Positions 57,825 through 64,000 of a stretch of 64,000 nt of DNA are shown here, piece by piece. Source of the stretch: an uncultured Gemmatimonadales bacterium. GTDB taxonomy: Bacteria; Gemmatimonadota; Gemmatimonadetes; Gemmatimonadales; Gemmatimonadaceae. A program made the position numbers and the translations under genes. How positions within the stretch are numbered: the stretch's first letter is position 1; each line of letters begins with the position of its first letter. The stretch spans positions 800,001 through 864,000 of the forward strand of contig CAVPQB010000004.1 in NCBI GenBank assembly GCA_963707505.1, written 5' to 3'. Under the pieces are notes generated by a model, which was not told the DNA's origin, did no database searches, and saw only the letters and a program-made list of their open reading frames with translations.

Positions 57825-59395
57825 GCGACCACCGACTTACTGCTGGAAGGCAGCGTAGGGGAGGCTGGCACTGTGGCTTCCGGGGACGCACGAAATGCGC
57901 CCGGAAGAAGGACGTTGAACACGGTGCCATTGCCGGTCGGGTTGTCGGCGACCCACATGACACCGGAGTGTGCTTTCACGATTTCCCGGCAGATGGTGAG
58001 TCCAAGTCCCACGCCTCTGTGCCGGACTGCGCGTCCGGACGGCGTCTGGTAGAATCGTTCGAAGATGCGTTCCTTCTCCGAATCGGGAATGCCGGGGCCG
58101 CTATCGGTCACGGTGATCCACATGACGCTGGATTCCGGTCGCTGCGACCGAACGGCGGACCAACGTGCAGGCGGAATCTGATCCGGTCGCGCCGCGAGCA
58201 GCTGCATCTCCGCACGCACCTCGCCGCCATCGGGCGAGAACTTGATTGCGTTCTCCAGCAGGTTGTCAAGCACTTGAAGAATTCGATCCTGATCGCACTC
58301 CACGAGCACCCTGTGATCCGGCTCGATCACTTCGATGTGCAGGGCATGTTCCCTCGCCGCGCTCTCGGCCTGTGCGACTGCGCGACGCACCAGCTGCGCA
58401 CCATCCGTCACCTGCATCTCGGGCTCGAGTCCGCCTTCCAGCCGCGACAGATTCAACAGCTTCGCCAGCATTCCGGACAAACGCTCGCCGCTCTGCTGAT
58501 TGAGCACGAGCAGTCTGCGCTGCTTCTCCGTCAGTGGCCCCGGGAACTTCGTCGAGTAGTATGCTGATGGTTTCCTGCATGGAAGTCAGCGGCGTCTTGA
58601 GATCGTGCGACACGCCGGTGACGAAATCGCGCTTCATGCGGTCGAGTACGGCGAGTCGCTCAGTCATCGAGTTGAACGCTCTCGCAACCTGCGCGAATTC
58701 ATCGTCGCGCGCGGTGTCGAGTCTGTAGTCGAACTGTCCCTGCGCGACCTTGCGCGTTCCTTCCGTAAGCCGGTGCAGTGGCTCTGAAATCGATCGTGCC
58801 ATCAGCGCCGAGAGGACGAGACTGAGGAACAGAATGCCCAGAGCCGCGATCCATGATATGCGCTCGGCGAGAGTCGCCGCGCTGGAGGACTGCGCGAGTC
58901 GCGCTTCCATCTCCGACTGCGATGCCTCACCAACGCGTTGAGTGAGGGCTTGCAGGGCGTCCAACTGACCCTGCAGCGCTCCCAGGGAGTCCTGCACGGC
59001 GTCCAGCGAGCCGAGTCGCGCGAATGATGCAAGTCGTTGCGTCGGCGAGTCAAGTGCGTGCCACTGGTTGGCGACTACGTCGATCTCCCTGCGCTCGCGA
59101 TCGCTGAGCGGCATCTCCTCGAGCGTCTGAAACTCCGACGCATACGCCGTCGCGAGCTGATCGAACTTGTCCAGATAGCCACGATCGCGCGTGATTGAAT
59201 ACTTGGCTGCGTTCTCGCCCAGTTGGGCGATACGCATGTACTGCTCAGTGGATGTCGCGCGCACGCGCTCGGACAGCTCCGACAGCTCATGCCCCGTAGC
59301 GACGACGCGACGGATTGTGGTGACATGATATATGAGCAGCACGCCGAGCAACGTGATGTACAGAGCGAATGCAGCACGAAGCTTTGTCGCGACCT

Positions 59396-59399
<4 letters not shown>
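57821..59399 (-). CDS. HAMP sensor histidine kinase (GlrK/QseE-like); frameshift in homopolymer at ~58540
   Basis: 2 TM plus a helical periplasmic domain, HAMP, VSHDLKTPL, (corrected) DEVPGPLTEKQ, NLLENAIKFS, DSGPGI and GLGLTI. Confidence 0.9.
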
Positions 59400-60760
<1,361 letters not shown>

Positions 60761-60839
60761 ACTGTTTCAATGTAAACATCGAATGCTGGCAGTCCGGCAC
60801 CGCGTGAAAATTCCTGGGGCCGGACCGGGGAACGGCGGG

Positions 60840-62555
60840 CTATGCCGTTTCGCGCCCGCCGAGTCGCTTGTCCTCGTACAGATCCCTGTCTGCAATTGCC
60901 AGGAGACCTTCCAGCGTCCGCGGTGCGTCGGGCATGAAGCGAGCGATGCCGACGGCGGACGAGAGTGTGTAGCCAAGCCCAGCCAATCCATTGCGCGCAT
61001 TCTGCTGTGCGAGCTCGGACCGGAGCCGCGCCAGCACCGTATTGGCGACCTCACCGCAATTGAGCGCAAGAGCCACGAACTCATCGCCCCCCATTCGCGC
61101 GATCACGTCAGTCTCACGAAACGTCTGCCTGAGGACTCCGGCCATCTTGACGAGAGCATCGTCACCGGCGGCGTGGCCCCACGTATCGTTGATCACCTTG
61201 AAGTCGTTCATGTCGAAGTAAAACAGGAACGACGCCTTGGTAGTGTGCTCGGCGTTCTTGAGTTGCTGCGCCGCGACTGCTTCGAAGCCACGACGGTTGA
61301 ACAGACCGGTGAGGGAATCGACGAGCGACAGCGCGCGCAGCTCGTCCTCCGCGCGACGTCTGTCGGTGACGTCGCGCGCCGTGATCGCGACACCGCGGCC
61401 GAGCGGGACTATCTGGCACGAGAGCCACTTGTCAGCAAGCGGGCCGACGCGTGGCTGAATCTCGGTCTCTGTTGCTTCACCAGTCTCGGCGACGGCAACG
61501 AGGCTCTTCAGAAGTGCGCCGTTTGCCGCGTATGGCAGTAGCTCACCGAAGCTGCGTCCGATCATGCGTGAGACATCGACGCCGAGCACAGTGCCAGCCC
61601 GCGCGTTCACCTCGACGACGCGGAAGTCGATGATCACGCCGTCGGCGTCGCGAAGCGTGTCCAGTACCGTGAAGATGTCGAGGCTGCTGTCGAGGGCGTT
61701 GCGAAAGCGAGCCTCGGAATCGCGCAACGCTTCCTCCGCACGCACTCTGGCGCTCACGTCGTGGACGATCGAGTGAAAGACGTGCCGGTCGCCAAGCATG
61801 AACTCGCCAGCGAAAATCTCCACCGTACGCTTTTCACCCGACGCCAGCTTGTGAATGCGCACCGCCGACGTATTCTCGCCACGTGAAATGCCAAGTGCGT
61901 ACGTCTTCCACTCGTCAATCGTCATCTCGGCGATGTCGGATGCGTTCATTGTGCGCATCTGTTCGCGTGTCCAGCCGTAGAAACGTTCAGCCGCCGGGTT
62001 GGCATCGAGGATGTGCGACGTCGTCACATCCACCAGAAACTGCACCGAGCCGTTGCTCTCGAACAGCTGGCGATATCGTGCCTCGCTTTCCTGAAGCGCC
62101 TCCTCCGCAATTTTCCGCGCGGTTATATCGCGGAGTGCGCCCAGCAGATGCGTACACTCTCCCCTGGCGTCCATGATCGGCGTCAGTATCGTCTCGAACA
62201 CCACGCGCCCCGCCGGAAGCATGATGTCTTCCGAGTAGATGAGGGGGGCGCGCAACTCGACAGCGGCCATGTAACGTCCAAGCGCGAACGCGGCAGCGGC
62301 GGGAGGCAGGATGTCTTGCGGACGATGACCGACGACCTGGTCCTCTCGCAAGCCCGTTACCGTGGTGTAGGCCCGATTCACCGATTCACAGCGGAACTGC
62401 CCAATACCTTCGACTCGCATGAGGAACATGCAGTCGTGCGTACTGTTGTAGATCAACTTCAGCCGTTCTTCGCGTTCGGCGAGCTCACGCGCGTGATCAG
62501 CGTCGGTCAACGTCGTCGTGTGTTGAGGTTCCGTCGGTTGGTCCTGCAACTTCAT
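60840..62555 (-). CDS. Triple-PAS diguanylate cyclase
   Basis: Three PAS/PAC repeats, DSLTGLFNRR, intact GGDEF with RxxD (RETD) I-site. Confidence 0.93.
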   Translation of the reverse strand: MKLQDQPTEPQHTTTLTDADHARELAEREERLKLIYNSTHDCMFLMRVEGIGQFRCESVNRAYTTVTGLREDQVVGHRPQDILPPAAAAFALGRYMAAVELRAPLIYSEDIMLPAGRVVFETILTPIMDARGECTHLLGALRDITARKIAEEALQESEARYRQLFESNGSVQFLVDVTTSHILDANPAAERFYGWTREQMRTMNASDIAEMTIDEWKTYALGISRGENTSAVRIHKLASGEKRTVEIFAGEFMLGDRHVFHSIVHDVSARVRAEEALRDSEARFRNALDSSLDIFTVLDTLRDADGVIIDFRVVEVNARAGTVLGVDVSRMIGRSFGELLPYAANGALLKSLVAVAETGEATETEIQPRVGPLADKWLSCQIVPLGRGVAITARDVTDRRRAEDELRALSLVDSLTGLFNRRGFEAVAAQQLKNAEHTTKASFLFYFDMNDFKVINDTWGHAAGDDALVKMAGVLRQTFRETDVIARMGGDEFVALALNCGEVANTVLARLRSELAQQNARNGLAGLGYTLSSAVGIARFMPDAPRTLEGLLAIADRDLYEDKRLGGRETA

Positions 62556-62662
62556 CTATGTATGCCGCGACGGTTAATCGGGGAGAAAGCGCTTCCAGGG
62601 TCATTTGAGAGACGATCATGCTAACATAAAGTTACCGCATCGCTCGACCGCTGTGCGCGGGA

Positions 62663-63520
62663 TTATTGGGGTGTTGACCAGTCGTAAAAGCCGCGGCCAC
62701 TCTTCTTTCCGAGCCGTCCTGCGGCCACCATCTCGCGCAGAATTGCGGGCGCGGCGTAGGTATCGCCGCCGAGTGAAGCATGCAGATGATCGGCGACCGC
62801 CAGGCGGACATCGAGACCGACGATGTCGGTAAGCTTGAGCGGACCCACCGGGTGGTTGTACCCAAGCTCCATGGCGGTATCGATGTCCGCTGCGCTGGCA
62901 ACGCCCTGTTCCAGCATCCGCATCGCCTCGAGCCCGAGGACGATTCCCAGCCGGCTGGTCGCGAAGCCTGGCGAGTCGCGGACTACGATCGCCTTTTTGC
63001 CCAGCGATTCGGCGAACGCGCGCGCCTTGACAGCCGATTCGTCGCTGGTTTTCACACCGCGGATGACTTCCACGAGTTTCATCGCCGCAACAGGATTGAA
63101 GAAATGCATGCCGACGACGCGTTCAGGGCAGTGCGTCGCATGAGCGATATCCGAGACAGACAGCGACGATGTGTTCGTCGTGAGCAACGCGTCTTGCTGC
63201 GCCGCGACGCAAATCCGTCTGAAGAGATCCTGTTTGAGCACGAGCTTCTCCGGGGCGGCCTCGATGACGATTTGCGCGTCCTCGATCGCACCGTCGAGAT
63301 TCGTCGAGAGGGATATGCGATCCATTGCGTCGCGTCGCGTCTCCTCGCTCACCTTGCCGCGCATCACGCCGGAATCGAGTGCCAGCCCGATATGCGCGCG
63401 AGCACGCTCCAGGGCGTCCTCATCCACATCTGTCAATGTTACCGTATAACCTGCTATGACGGTAACATATGCAATTCCGTGTCCCATCGTCCCGGCGCCG
63501 ATTATCGCGACGTTTGTCAT
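62663..63520 (-). CDS. 3-hydroxyacyl(butyryl)-CoA dehydrogenase
   Basis: [28 protein letters not shown] and [12 protein letters not shown] motifs. Confidence 0.93.
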   Translation of the reverse strand: MTNVAIIGAGTMGHGIAYVTVIAGYTVTLTDVDEDALERARAHIGLALDSGVMRGKVSEETRRDAMDRISLSTNLDGAIEDAQIVIEAAPEKLVLKQDLFRRICVAAQQDALLTTNTSSLSVSDIAHATHCPERVVGMHFFNPVAAMKLVEVIRGVKTSDESAVKARAFAESLGKKAIVVRDSPGFATSRLGIVLGLEAMRMLEQGVASAADIDTAMELGYNHPVGPLKLTDIVGLDVRLAVADHLHASLGGDTYAAPAILREMVAAGRLGKKSGRGFYDWSTPQ

Positions 63521-64000
63521 GCGCGCTCCAGAATCATCGCTATGCCCTGACCGACGCCGATGCACATCGTTGCCAGTCCATGCTGCACGTCACGCCGTTG
63601 CATCTCGTGGATGAGCGTGGTTACGATTCGCGCTCCGCTTGCGCCGAGTGGATGACCGAGGGCGATGGCGCCGCCGTTCACGTTGACGCGATCGGCAGGC
63701 ATGTGCAGCTCTCGCATGCACGCTAGCGCCTGTGATGCGAATGCTTCGTTCAGCTCTATGAGATCCATATCGTCGATCGTAAGTCCTGCGCGTTTGAGCG
63801 CGAGTCGCACCGCAGGGACAGGCCCGATGCCCATCACGTCCGGCGCAACACCGGCGACTGCGCTCGCGACGACTCGCACGACGGGTCTGTAATTTCTTGC
63901 CGCAGCGGCGCGTTCACTCATTACCAGCAGCGCTGCCGCCCCATCGTTGATGCCGCTCGACGATCCCGCGGTGACCGTGCCGCCGGACTCGCGGAACGCG
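63517..64000 (-). CDS. Acetyl-CoA C-acyltransferase (thiolase), C-terminal part (5' truncated by window)
   Basis: [30 protein letters not shown] and CIGVGQG motifs. Confidence 0.95.
   Translation of the reverse strand, partial: AFRESGGTVTAGSSSGINDGAAALLVMSERAAAARNYRPVVRVVASAVAGVAPDVMGIGPVPAVRLALKRAGLTIDDMDLIELNEAFASQALACMRELHMPADRVNVNGGAIALGHPLGASGARIVTTLIHEMQRRDVQHGLATMCIGVGQGIAMILERA

Overview
A GC-rich bacterial chromosomal segment, most likely Gemmatimonadota (inferred from gene order and lineage-typical small proteins; no database search was possible). It contains about 60 CDS and 3 tRNAs (Ile-GAT, His-GTG, Trp-CCA; none encodes CCA). I found no integrase, transposase, rRNA or CRISPR array. 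The housekeeping blocks are a long minus-strand run (lepA-waaF-ROK-PfkB-[STAS-HATPase]-[STAS]-small protein-Cys/Met PLP lyase-ftsE-ftsX-envC-nfo-DigH-like hydrolase), then mfd-PPIase-surA-pdxA, typA, ybbAP/tesA, ECF42+YCII, efp-tRNAs and a thiolase/3-hydroxyacyl-CoA dehydrogenase pair. Many genes carry single-base indels, heavily clustered in typA, nagB and phhA; these are probably long-read or assembly errors. The best candidate novel system (56.6-60.8 kb) is a QseE/G/F (GlrK/YfhG/GlrR)-like trio: sigma54 activator, sensor kinase and lipoprotein. It faces a small unannotated secreted KPDT-repeat gene that has a complete sigma54 promoter architecture (palindromic enhancer candidate, IHF-like site, -24/-12 box). 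Other candidates are: a STAS/Ser-kinase partner-switch module coupled to two sugar kinases upstream of ftsEX-envC; an orphan cI/Cro-like switch beside a hyper-acidic protein and a tRNA; a 12-bp tandem array of start-stop minigenes in front of a PLP decarboxylase; an Asn-tipped EF-P; a DRR-insert priming glycosyltransferase; and frequent Bacteroidetes-type O-glycosylation sequons in exported proteins.
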